This document shows positions 1-9,317 of a stretch of 64,000 bases of DNA, piece after piece; the first letter of the stretch is position 1; each line of letters opens with the position of its first letter. A program made the translations under genes and the position numbers. Source of the DNA: Deltaproteobacteria bacterium (GTDB lineage Bacteria > Myxococcota_A > Polyangia > Fen-1088); the NCBI GenBank assembly GCA_033763315.1, contig JANRKS010000007.1, positions 128,001-192,000 of the forward strand, given 5' to 3'. The notes below the pieces were generated by a model. It saw only the letters and a program-made list of their open reading frames with translations, was not told the origin of the DNA and did no database searches.

Positions 1-1862
1 GCCATGGCGAACAGATCAGCCGCGCCCTGCAACGCCGTATCGCGCGCCGAGACGGGGTTAAGGAAATTGAATACGAGATCGTCCACCTTCTTCGTGGAAA
101 CGCCCTTGCGCGTGCCATGCAAGGCACCATCGTACGAGAGCATGGCCATGGGCACGGCGGCGCCACCTGCGGCCACACCCGTGGCGAAATCTTGCGCCCA
201 TGTGTTGCGGCCCGTGAGGTAACTGCCGCCGGTGCCGTGCGCGTAAACAACCACGGGCCAGCCCGCCGCGGGTTTCTCTCCCTTAGGAACCGTTAAAGAG
301 AAACATACGTCTTCCGTCGTTTGAACCTTTGCCAGGCCCGAAACGGCGTCGTACTCGATGGCGCCACCTTGTTCAGGTGTTTCATACGGCCGCACGCCTG
401 CTTGGAACACGGGCAACGTTACCAAGCCCTGGTATTCGTCGAACGCTGCGTTCGCTGGGGCCGCAAGGCAACCACGTTGTTTGTCGGCACCAACCACGCC
501 GTCATCGCACGGAGAGATCGCTTCGCCGCATTTGACGATCGACTTGACGGCCAGGTTGGGCACGGGCGCCGCTTCCACAGCTTTTTGCAACGCCACCATC
601 GCGGCTTCTGATTTTTGTACGGTGAAAACCGTGCCACCCACAAGCGGCGTGCCCGCCAAACCGCTTTTGGGGTCGGCGATAAAATCGCGCAACGGCTTGT
701 AGCGGGTGTAGGCCTGCGCAAGCTCAGGATCCGCCGGCGGCGTGGCCGCCAACAGCGCCGCGAAATCAGCGTCTGGTGCAAAAGGCTGGTTGTCTTTGTC
801 GGCCAACGGGCCCTTGATGATCACCGCGTAGGTTGCGCCGGCTTCCAAACGCCCGCTGATCCGCAGCGCCATGTAGCGCGGGCAAATGTAACGGCTGCCG
901 GTGTTGGTGCCCGCTCCCCCCGTGGTGGCATTCCAACCAAAGCCAAGCGGCGTGCCGAAGGCGGGTGATCCGGGTGTCACGTTGAACACCCCCATGACGC
1001 CGGACGCACCCAACTGTGTGGTGTTTGGCCAACGGGAGAAGCGAAAGAACACGGTGCCATTGGGCGAGGCACCATCAATGTCGGCTTCGATGGCTTTGAT
1101 GTATCGATCCACCGGATCGATAGGAATGAGCCCCACGCCAGGACGCGGGAAATTCTTCATGCTGAGCTTGCCGTCTTTGAAGCGCGCGTCGTTCGGAAAC
1201 GGCAAGGCGAAGAAATCATCGCTGGCTGGATCCGCCGCGCGCGGCAGCTTGAACTTGATGCGTGCCGTGGCCTCTTCCGCCACGTCACACTTGGCACCCG
1301 TCCATGGCTTGAGCGCCAGCGGGGTGCTGCACACATTGGCGATGCAGAAAAGACCTGAAAAACAGCCACCCGGGCCCGTGCATGCGGCACCAATGTCGCC
1401 CGCGCCCGCCATGCGGCAGGAACCTTGGAGCCCATCGAGCACGCAGGCAAAGCCTGTGGCGCAATCGCCTTCGTTTGCACACGTGGCACCGTCACCGCCC
1501 CTGTTCATCGCGCGCGGCGTGCATGCCGTTTGTGGCAAGCCTTGCGCCGACGCCCCAAGCGCGCAGAAGTAATCAGGCAGACACTCGGCGGAAACGGTGC
1601 AGATGGCGCCAGGGCCCGAGGTGCCTTTGGGTTGGCACGTGGCCGTGGTGGGGGCGCACGTGAGGCCAAAGCGGCACTGGGTCTCCGCGGTGCAAGCGGC
1701 GCCCACGCCAAATCCGGCAGGAACGCCGTTGTTGCCGGTACCCGCTGAGCCGCCCGTGCCCATGCCCGAGCGATCGGCGTCCTCACTTTTGATGAAAAAA
1801 CACGCTGGGCTCACGAGAACCGCAGCCAACACTGCAACCACACCTAGGCGCTTATCCGACAT
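1..1862 (-). CDS. Cys-rich lipoprotein with C-terminal alpha/beta-hydrolase-like region (partial, runs off left edge; not in ORF track)
   Basis: Manual translation from ATG at 1862: MSDKRLGVVAVLAAVLVSPAC (lipobox-like), Gly linker, Cys-rich repeats (GAACTAETQC, GATCANEGDC), FFALPFPND motif, WPVVVYAHGTGG and HGTR...FNFLNP, typical of myxobacterial lipase-like lipoproteins. No stop before base 1. Confidence 0.8.
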   Translation of the reverse strand, partial: MSDKRLGVVAVLAAVLVSPACFFIKSEDADRSGMGTGGSAGTGNNGVPAGFGVGAACTAETQCRFGLTCAPTTATCQPKGTSGPGAICTVSAECLPDYFCALGASAQGLPQTACTPRAMNRGGDGATCANEGDCATGFACVLDGLQGSCRMAGAGDIGAACTGPGGCFSGLFCIANVCSTPLALKPWTGAKCDVAEEATARIKFKLPRAADPASDDFFALPFPNDARFKDGKLSMKNFPRPGVGLIPIDPVDRYIKAIEADIDGASPNGTVFFRFSRWPNTTQLGASGVMGVFNVTPGSPAFGTPLGFGWNATTGGAGTNTGSRYICPRYMALRISGRLEAGATYAVIIKGPLADKDNQPFAPDADFAALLAATPPADPELAQAYTRYKPLRDFIADPKSGLAGTPLVGGTVFTVQKSEAAMVALQKAVEAAPVPNLAVKSIVKCGEAISPCDDGVVGADKQRGCLAAPANAAFDEYQGLVTLPVFQAGVRPYETPEQGGAIEYDAVSGLAKVQTTEDVCFSLTVPKGEKPAAGWPVVVYAHGTGGSYLTGRNTWAQDFATGVAAGGAAVPMAMLSYDGALHGTRKGVSTKKVDDLVFNFLNPVSARDTALQGAADLFAM

Positions 1863-1992
1863 TTTTACCCTCGTTCCTTCGCACGGTCAGGGTACACCAA
1901 CTGGGGCAAAGCCGTAACGAAGACATCCGCCCCGCAACATCAGAACAACGGCACTGGTGCCTGCATGTGTTCTGGGTGGATAATCGGAAAGT

Positions 1993-3354
1993 ATGCCGAA
2001 AACGTCTGAAAACAACGTCCTTGATGAATTGCGCCAGGATCCCACCAACAAGGTGAAGGTGGCGATCACGGACATCGACGGCGTCTTGCGCGGCAAGTAT
2101 CTGCACAAGGACAAATTCTTCGGTGCCACTGAAGGCGGCTTCGGCTTTTGCAACGTCATCTTCGGGTGGGACGCCAACGACGTTTGCTACGACAACGTGA
2201 GCTTTACCGGCTGGCATACCGGTTACCCTGACGCTTTGGCCCGCCCTGATCTCAGCACCTTCCGCCGCGTGCCGTGGGACAACCACGTTCCGTTTTTTTT
2301 GGCCGACTTTGAAGACGCGCAAGGCGCGCCGTTGGCGATTTGCCCGCGCAAGCTGCTGCGGCAAGTGATCGAGCGGACGAAGGCGGCTGGATTCGAAGCC
2401 AAAACCGGCATGGAGTTTGAGTGGTTTAACTTCATTGAGACGCCGCAAAGCTGGAAAGACAAACACTTCACGAACCCGCAACCGATCACACCCGGAATGT
2501 TCGGCTATTCGCTGCTGCGCACCAGCCGCAACCTGCCGTTCTTCAACGCCCTGATGGACGAGATGCAAGCCTTTCGCATTCCCATCGAAGGGCTTCACAC
2601 CGAAACAGGCCCCGGCGTGTTGGAAGCCGCGATCCTTTACTCGGATGCGCTTGAATCTGCGGATCGCGCGGCGTTGTTTAAAACGGGCGCCAAAGAGATT
2701 GCCGCGCGGTTTGGGATCATGCCCACGTTCATGGCCAAATGGAACACCAAGCTGCCGGGCTCAAGTGGGCACCTGCACCAAAGCTTGTGGTCAGCTGGCA
2801 AGAACGCCTTTTACGACGCGCAAGCGCCGCATACCATGAGCGCCACGTACCAAAGCTATCTGGCCGGCATCCTAAAGTGCTTGCCCGAGATCTTGCCGAT
2901 GTTCGCGCCCACAGTGAACAGCTACAAACGTTTGGTGGATGGATACTGGGCACCCACGCGGGTGTCTTGGGGGGTCGACAACCGCACGGTTGCGTGTCGG
3001 GTGATCCCGGGCAGCGAAAAATCCACGCGACTTGAACTGCGTGTGCCTGGCGCCGACGTCAATCCTTACCTCTCTATCGCTGCGGCCTTGGCGGCAGGCC
3101 TATACGGCATCCAAAATCAGCTGCCGTTGACGCTGCCGCCCCTGACGGGCAGCGCGTATATGGCCGAACACGCTGAACGGTTGCCGCGAACCTTGCAGGA
3201 GGCCACGGCGCGCATGCGCGATTCTAAGATTGCACGCGAGCTGTTCGGGGCTGCTTTCGTTGATCACTTCGTGGCCACGCGAGACTGGGAGTGGCGACAA
3301 GCTCAAGAGGCTGTGACATCGTGGGAATTGGAGCGGTATTTCGAAATCGTCTGA
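1993..3354 (+). CDS. Glutamine synthetase-like gamma-glutamyl-amine ligase (PuuA/GlnA4-like)
   Basis: DIDGVLRGK, EFEWF, HTETGPG, MAK...GSSGHLHQS, NSYKRL, WGVDNRT, RLELRVPGADVNPY motifs. Confidence 0.9.
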   Translation: MPKTSENNVLDELRQDPTNKVKVAITDIDGVLRGKYLHKDKFFGATEGGFGFCNVIFGWDANDVCYDNVSFTGWHTGYPDALARPDLSTFRRVPWDNHVPFFLADFEDAQGAPLAICPRKLLRQVIERTKAAGFEAKTGMEFEWFNFIETPQSWKDKHFTNPQPITPGMFGYSLLRTSRNLPFFNALMDEMQAFRIPIEGLHTETGPGVLEAAILYSDALESADRAALFKTGAKEIAARFGIMPTFMAKWNTKLPGSSGHLHQSLWSAGKNAFYDAQAPHTMSATYQSYLAGILKCLPEILPMFAPTVNSYKRLVDGYWAPTRVSWGVDNRTVACRVIPGSEKSTRLELRVPGADVNPYLSIAAALAAGLYGIQNQLPLTLPPLTGSAYMAEHAERLPRTLQEATARMRDSKIARELFGAAFVDHFVATRDWEWRQAQEAVTSWELERYFEIV

Positions 3355-3381
3355 CGACGGCCGTGCGTAAAGGATCCACAC

Positions 3382-4518
3382 ATGAACAGGTTTTCTTTTC
3401 CCACTGACATTCAATTCGGCAACGGCGTGCGTGCGCGCGTCGGCGCACGCCTGCAGGCAGAGTCTGTGCGGCGGCCGCTCGTTGTCACCGACAAGGGCTT
3501 GGCCACCTTGCCGGCCGTGTTGGACCTGCAAAACGCACTGCGGAACGAAGGGCTGGCCACGGAGGTGTTCGCGGGCGTGTGGGGCAACCCGGTTAAGTCG
3601 CAGGTCTTGGCGGGCGTGGCGGCGTTTCGCGCCCACGCGGCTGACGGCATCGTGGGTATTGGCGGGGGCGCGGCGCTTGATGTGGCAAAAGCCATCGCGC
3701 TGATGGTGAATCACCCTGGTGATCTCTTCGACTACGAAGACGATTTGCCCGGTGCGCGGCCATTCGATCAACCCATTCCGTTCTGGGTGGCCGTGCCCAC
3801 CACGGCCGGCACCGGCAGCGAAGTGGGCCGCAGCGCCGTGATCTCGGATGATGAAACGCACGTCAAGAAGATCATTTTCTCGCCGCGTTTGCTCGCCAAA
3901 GCCGTGTTTGCGGATCCTGAGCTAACGGTGGGCCTGCCCGCGCACATCACGGCCGCCACAGGTCTCGACGCGTTAACTCACAACATCGAAGCGTTCTTGG
4001 CTAAGGCGTTTCACCCGATCTGCGATGGCATCGCGCTTGAGGGCCTGCGCCTGGGCGCGATGCACTTGAAGCAAGCGGTGAAGGTGCCCACGGATCTCGA
4101 GGCACGCGCGGGCATGATGATGTCTTCGATGATGGGTGCGATCGCGTTTCAGAAGGGATTGGGCCTTGTGCACTCCTGCGCACACGCTTTGGGAACTGTG
4201 TGCAACATGCACCACGGCTTGGCCAATGGCGTGATGATCGATCACGCGCTTGTGCACAACGTGGGCGTGGCCACCGATAAGTTCGTGCGGATGGCGCAAA
4301 CCGTGGGCATCAAGAATCCGGGACCAGAGGCGTTCATCGGTTGGCTGGAGACTTTGAAAGCCGACGTGGGCATACCAGCCACGCTGACGGCCGCGGGTGT
4401 GGCGCCTGCCGCGCTGCAAACTTTGGTGGATGTGGCTGTGGCAGACGCCTGCCATCCCAACAACCCACGCCCCTGCACGCGGGAAGATTTCCAACACATA
4501 CTGGAGGCGGCATTCTGA
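3382..4518 (+). CDS. Iron-containing alcohol dehydrogenase
   Basis: VVTDKG, GGGAALDVAK, PTTAGTGSE, DALTH, HSCAH, HHGLAN metal-binding motifs. Confidence 0.92.
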   Translation: MNRFSFPTDIQFGNGVRARVGARLQAESVRRPLVVTDKGLATLPAVLDLQNALRNEGLATEVFAGVWGNPVKSQVLAGVAAFRAHAADGIVGIGGGAALDVAKAIALMVNHPGDLFDYEDDLPGARPFDQPIPFWVAVPTTAGTGSEVGRSAVISDDETHVKKIIFSPRLLAKAVFADPELTVGLPAHITAATGLDALTHNIEAFLAKAFHPICDGIALEGLRLGAMHLKQAVKVPTDLEARAGMMMSSMMGAIAFQKGLGLVHSCAHALGTVCNMHHGLANGVMIDHALVHNVGVATDKFVRMAQTVGIKNPGPEAFIGWLETLKADVGIPATLTAAGVAPAALQTLVDVAVADACHPNNPRPCTREDFQHILEAAF

Positions 4519-5309
4519 TGGCTCCGCTACGAATCGGACTTTCGGCAAATCTCATCCACGCCGATCCCCAGCGCCCTTTGTTCAAAGGCAAGACGCTGAA
4601 GTTCGTGGAACAGCAACTGTCGCATTGGATCATGACCGAGGGAGCGCTCGCGTACATGGTCCCGTTGCCTCCCAGCGACGGCCAACTGGCGCTTGAAGCT
4701 TACGTGCAGGACCTGGACGCGCTTGTGCTTCAAGGTGGCGCCGACGTCTCTCCGGCAAGTTACGGTGAATTGCCGATGCGCCCTGAGTGGTCAGGCGATC
4801 AAGTGCGCGATGAGTATGAGATGGCTTTGATTCGGATGTTTCTGCAAGTCGGCAAACCCGTGCTGGGTGTGTGCCGCGGTTTGCAAATCCTAAACGTGGC
4901 CATGGGCGGCTCGCTTTATCAGGACATCAACACGCAGCTTGAGGGTTCGCGGGTGCATCGCGACTGGGAGATCTACGATCAGAACTTCCACAACATCCGC
5001 ATCGTTCGCCCATCCCATCTGGCCAAGCTTTATCCAACGACGGCGATTGGCCGCGTATGTTCCGTACACCACCAAGCCATCAAAGCTTTGGGCAAGGGGT
5101 TGGTGGTGGAAGCCAGCTCTGTGGAAGACAACGTTGTGGAAGCGGTGCGCCTGACAGGACCCACGTGGGTTTACGGCGTGCAATGGCATCCCGAGTGGCA
5201 CGACGTGAACGACACATCTTTGATGGACAGCCGACCGCTGCTGCGTGACTTCCTCGCGGCTGCGGCGCAACGAAAAGCCGCAAGAGCGGGGACGAAGGCT
5301 CACACATGA
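4518..5309 (+). CDS. Gamma-glutamyl-gamma-aminobutyrate hydrolase family (peptidase C26, PuuD-like)
   Basis: GGADV, LGVCRGLQ, SVHHQ, GVQWHPE triad motifs; ATG at 4518 overlaps the upstream TGA. Confidence 0.9.
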   Translation: MAPLRIGLSANLIHADPQRPLFKGKTLKFVEQQLSHWIMTEGALAYMVPLPPSDGQLALEAYVQDLDALVLQGGADVSPASYGELPMRPEWSGDQVRDEYEMALIRMFLQVGKPVLGVCRGLQILNVAMGGSLYQDINTQLEGSRVHRDWEIYDQNFHNIRIVRPSHLAKLYPTTAIGRVCSVHHQAIKALGKGLVVEASSVEDNVVEAVRLTGPTWVYGVQWHPEWHDVNDTSLMDSRPLLRDFLAAAAQRKAARAGTKAHT

Positions 5310-6682
5310 CAACAGCCGCGCTGCAAGTGTGGAACCCATCCACGGGACAAGTTGTGCAGACGCTTGAGGCGGACACGCCGGAATCCGTGCAGCACAAAGT
5401 GGCCGCCGTCAAAGCGGGCAGCGCTGCGTGGGCCTCCACGCCTGTGTTCGAGCGATGCGAAACCCTCGCGCGGTTTCGACACTTGGTGGTCCAAAACGCC
5501 GACGAGTTGGCACACACCACCACGCTTGAAACGGGCAAGCCCATCTCGCAGGCGCGCAACGAAGTGAAAGCGTTCGATGCGCGCTTGGCGTTCTTTCTGG
5601 AGCACGCGGCCGCGGAACTGCAAGCGCGCGAGGTTCATCAAGAAGCGGGGCTGCACGAACGAATCACGTGGGAGCCATTGGGGGTGGTGGCGAACATCTC
5701 GGCCTGGAATTACCCCTATTTTGTGGGTGGCAACGTTTTTGTCCCCGCCCTGCTTACAGGCAACGCCGTGGTGTACAAACCCTCGGAGTTTGCGGCCAAC
5801 ACCGGCCGAAAGCTTGTGGACCTTTTGTGGCAAGCCGGTGTGCCCAAGGACGCGTTGGCACTGGTTATCGGCGGTGGCGCCGCGGGATCGGCTCTGTTGG
5901 AGTCCCCGATCAATGCCGTGTTTTTTACGGGCTCCTACGCCACAGGCGTGCGGGTGGCGGCGCAGGCGGCGACTCACCTTTTGAAGGTGCAATTGGAGCT
6001 GGGTGGCAAAGATCCGATCTATGTCATGGAGGACGCCAACGTGGCGAGCGCCGCCGAAGCCACGGCCGACGGCGCCTTTTACAACGCAGGCCAAAGCTGC
6101 TGCGCGGTTGAGCGCTTATATGTGCACGAACGCATCTATGACGCCTTTGTTGAGCACTTCGTGAAAACCGTGGATGGCTTCGTGGTGGGCGATCCCATGG
6201 ATCCCAAGACGTACATCGGGCCGCTGACGCGTGCCGCGCAGCTTGACGTTCTCGAAGCGCAGGTGGCGGATGCGCTGGCGCATGGTGCACGCGTGCTGCG
6301 CGGGGGGCAGCGGCTGCAACGGCCGGGGTTCTATTTTGCGCCCACAGTGGTGGCGGACGCCAACCACCAGATGCAGCTGATGCGCGAAGAGAGCTTCGGC
6401 CCTGTCATAGGCATTCAGAAAGTGAGCTCCGACGACGAAGCGGCCGCACTTATGAAAGACACGCCGTATGGCTTGACCGCCGGCGTTTACGGCCAAGACC
6501 AAGGTCGCGCGATGAAGCTGCTCGGGCAGATGAACACCGGCTCGGTTTACTTTAACTGCTGCGACCGCGTGAGCCCCCGGCTGCCTTGGTCAGGGCGGGG
6601 GCACTCAGGCCTTGGCACAACGTTATCCACGCTCGGCATCGCCGCATTCTTGCAGCCGAAAGCGTGGCACCTTCGCGGCTAG
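5306..6682 (+). CDS. NAD(P)-dependent aldehyde dehydrogenase
   Basis: AWNYP, KPSE, FTGS, LELGGKDP, NAGQSCC, EESFGP; ATGA overlap with the upstream gene. Confidence 0.95.
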   Translation: MTTAALQVWNPSTGQVVQTLEADTPESVQHKVAAVKAGSAAWASTPVFERCETLARFRHLVVQNADELAHTTTLETGKPISQARNEVKAFDARLAFFLEHAAAELQAREVHQEAGLHERITWEPLGVVANISAWNYPYFVGGNVFVPALLTGNAVVYKPSEFAANTGRKLVDLLWQAGVPKDALALVIGGGAAGSALLESPINAVFFTGSYATGVRVAAQAATHLLKVQLELGGKDPIYVMEDANVASAAEATADGAFYNAGQSCCAVERLYVHERIYDAFVEHFVKTVDGFVVGDPMDPKTYIGPLTRAAQLDVLEAQVADALAHGARVLRGGQRLQRPGFYFAPTVVADANHQMQLMREESFGPVIGIQKVSSDDEAAALMKDTPYGLTAGVYGQDQGRAMKLLGQMNTGSVYFNCCDRVSPRLPWSGRGHSGLGTTLSTLGIAAFLQPKAWHLRG

Positions 6683-6939
6683 CTGCCTATCAACAAAAGC
6701 TTGGGCTCATTGCGAACGGCGCGGCGAACTTCGATCAACGTCTCGTCGATGGGTGCTGGGTCGGTGGTGGAGATCATGGAACTCATAGCGTCCGGTAACT
6801 TATCGCGTCGCTCTAGGCGACTTCACGGTGACAGGAATTGAGCGTGCCAGTTGATGTGGACCGGGCCTTGAAGAATTCAGCGGTTCGAAGGAAACCATCC
6901 GTTGGATCGCGAAGGTTGCGAGTGATTTGTGAACGCACC

Positions 6940-7761
6940 TTAAAACAGCCCAAGCTGCTTCTCGAAGGGGATGGGCAGGACGCCGATGATGACCCATGGG
7001 TTTACTGCCACTTGGTGCCACTGCTGGGTGGTTCCGAGAAAGAGATGCAAATCCTTCTTTAGGAACTCGTCCATGTACTTCTGCCGGACCTTTGCTATCG
7101 CCTTCGACTCATCGCCATTTGCCAATTGCAGGCAGTTCCGGTAGAGCGCACCGATCTCCCAGTCGAGGATCTGCTGCTCGCTCTTCTTGCCGGCGGCGTC
7201 TTCAAACCTGTACGAAAATTTGTATGGCAGCTTCGGGATCACCCTAAAAGTTTCTCGCCAGGCGTTGTCCTCGAATAGCTCATGCTGTCGTGAGGCCTCG
7301 CGCATCTCCTTGACCTTGTTGATATCCCACTCTCGTTCGTCCTCTTCGACCACGAACTCCAAGATGCGGGAGGGCTTAAATACGGCGAGCGAGATTTGGT
7401 TCGCCTTCGCACCCGCGATCAGCTCCTCGAGGTTATCGTAGACGCGCGCCTTCTTCAGAAGGATCTCGCGACGCTCGCGCCAATTGTCGCCCGTGCTCAT
7501 CTTGCCGACGGGCACCAGCTCGCGCTGATCCATGGGGCGAAAAGTCTCCGGGCGGATGTCCACCGTGTTGCGTTGGAGCCGGCACTCGACCCAGTCGTAC
7601 TTACTGTACTGCTGCGTCTCATCGAGCCGTCGGAACGGGACCGGATAGATGCGCACCCAGCTCCCGTCCTCGCGGACACCGGCGGTACACACCGTCTCGC
7701 CATACTTCCGAGACAGCGTGGGGTACGTCTTGACGGTGATGAGAACTCGCTGCCTCTCCAT
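6940..7761 (-). CDS. Conserved hypothetical protein (VKTYP...ETVCTAG...W.RIYP; probably OB-fold/DuOB-like), partner of DUF488
   Basis: 273-aa ORF from MERQRVLITVKTYP with a G-rich RBS; directly downstream of the DUF488 gene; DWEIGALY and LFLGT motifs. Confidence 0.75.
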   Translation of the reverse strand: MERQRVLITVKTYPTLSRKYGETVCTAGVREDGSWVRIYPVPFRRLDETQQYSKYDWVECRLQRNTVDIRPETFRPMDQRELVPVGKMSTGDNWRERREILLKKARVYDNLEELIAGAKANQISLAVFKPSRILEFVVEEDEREWDINKVKEMREASRQHELFEDNAWRETFRVIPKLPYKFSYRFEDAAGKKSEQQILDWEIGALYRNCLQLANGDESKAIAKVRQKYMDEFLKKDLHLFLGTTQQWHQVAVNPWVIIGVLPIPFEKQLGLF

Positions 7762-7781
7762 CGTGCCCCCCCCCAACATTC

Positions 7782-8672
7782 TCAAAAGTGCTTGGCAGTG
7801 AGGTCCTCGCTGGCCTTGCCCGCGAGAGCTTCGGCGACACAATGGCGATGGCACTGGTTCGGCTGGTGCTCGTAGCAGGTCAGAGTTACGCGCTCGCCTG
7901 CATCAATCCAGTCCTCGATCTTCTTCAGCGCAGCCGCCTGCTTCGGAAGCCAGGTGCTCTCGTAGTGGGCAAAGAGCGCGTCGTAGTCGGCCTGCGTGTC
8001 GAGTGATTGCCGCTGCTCAGACGCGATACCGAGCTCGGGCAGGTGCTCATAGCGAATGCCGACGCCCTCGCACCCGCGCGCGAGCGTGTTCTTCGAGAAG
8101 CCGTACTTCCGGCTTATGGGGTTTCGGCGTACGTCGCAGAGGAGCGTGACGCCGTGCTTGAGTAAGATGTTTAGGTAGCTTTCAAGCGTGTGGCCCTCGT
8201 AGCCGATGGTGCTCAGCGCAGGGCCAGTCGCTTTGGCGCGGACCGCGTTAATGCGGGCAAGCGTGGCGGCGTCACCTTTGAGGACACGCTCGGCGATCTC
8301 GCTGCGTGTCGCGAAAAACGGGAAGCGCCGATACGTATCGGCGACCAGTGCATCCCCGTGCAGACCGCGATGCCGCTTCGCAAATGCCGCGAGCTGCATG
8401 TCCGTCGTGCGGGCGATGATTTTCCGCCCCTCGGCAGTGATCTGCCAGCCGTCCAAATCCTCCAGCAGCCCGCGCTCGATTAGCTTGCGACGATCTGCGT
8501 AGGACGTGAACGAGAACGCGCCGAACTTATACGGGACGAAATCGTAGGGCGCCTCTGCCGTAGGCGCCTCCTGACAGTAGAGGAATAGCAGCTTTTGGAA
8601 GTCGAGCATGCCTGACGTGCCGCCCAGCGCATCCAGAAGCTGCAATAGCTGGCGCTGCCGCGAGAACAGCAT
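7782..8672 (-). CDS. DUF488 family protein with N-terminal winged-helix-like domain
   Basis: TIGYEG, LCDVRRNPISRKYGFSK, YEHLPELGI, LTCYE...CHR motifs; N-terminal FQKLLFL...YDFVPYKFGAFS domain. Confidence 0.88.
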   Translation of the reverse strand: MLFSRQRQLLQLLDALGGTSGMLDFQKLLFLYCQEAPTAEAPYDFVPYKFGAFSFTSYADRRKLIERGLLEDLDGWQITAEGRKIIARTTDMQLAAFAKRHRGLHGDALVADTYRRFPFFATRSEIAERVLKGDAATLARINAVRAKATGPALSTIGYEGHTLESYLNILLKHGVTLLCDVRRNPISRKYGFSKNTLARGCEGVGIRYEHLPELGIASEQRQSLDTQADYDALFAHYESTWLPKQAAALKKIEDWIDAGERVTLTCYEHQPNQCHRHCVAEALAGKASEDLTAKHF

Positions 8673-8930
8673 CGGCGACGTCGAACGGGTGGATGTGTGG
8701 GAGGTGCAATTCATCCGGTTTGCTCTGGGCTTTGTCGCGGCACAGCCACGATTGGCTGCGGGAAAACTAATAAGGTTTGGTTAGTTAGACAAGTTTTCTC
8801 TGCCGGTGGCTTGCAATCTGCATTGTTTCGTAAGGGGACGCGAGGACAGCGGGTTCCGAGCGTGCCGCCGCCAAGACGTGCGGCCCTGACAGTAAGCCCG
8901 AGTGCGGGCGGCCTCACGGTCATTCAGTAG

Positions 8931-9317
8931 GTGACCATCATCGTTGACGACGAGACCTTGGGCGAAGACGCCCCGTTGCTCGCGCAGCCGCTTGCTGCCG
9001 CCACCGCTGGCCTGACCCAAGCCGGGCCTGCACAACGGCGCGCGCCCCTGCCCTTGGCCTTATCTGCCAACGACTTGCCCAAAGCGATGGGTCACCTGTG
9101 CGCCAAGCATTTGAGCTTTAACCGCACGCAGCCACCCGTATGGCGGCTCGATTGGTGTAACTAACTTCCCCCGAAACGGTTCCCCCGATGGCCCTTGTCC
9201 GCCCCACGAAAATCACCCTCAGCTCCCTCTTTGACCGACCAATCCGCCCAGCTTCTCACGCGCCTTGCCGCCTCTCCCTTTGCTCCGCCCCGCCAAAACA
9301 CCTTTGATTTACCTATC
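8931..9317 (+). mobile_element. Decayed IS91/ISCR-like (rolling-circle) element remnant with oriIS-like end
   Basis: Peptide DETLGEDAPLLAQPLAAATAG..GPA.R...LCAKHLSFN resembles the central part of IS91-family transposases; ends in CTTTGA-N4-CCTAT at 9302-9316. Confidence 0.5.

Noticed and set aside
6679-6786. 35-aa minus-strand ORF downstream of the DUF488 pair (MSSMISTTDPAPIDETLIEVRR...)
   Set aside because: Could be the stub of a third gene, but it is too short and has no recognisable motif.
8762-9165. GTTAGAC/AACTAA-TTAGTT motifs and a 10/11 inverted pair (8780-8790 vs 9155-9165), suggesting attC or MITE ends
   Set aside because: No matching RYYYAAC/GTTRRRY pair at attC spacing, no target duplication and no integrase.
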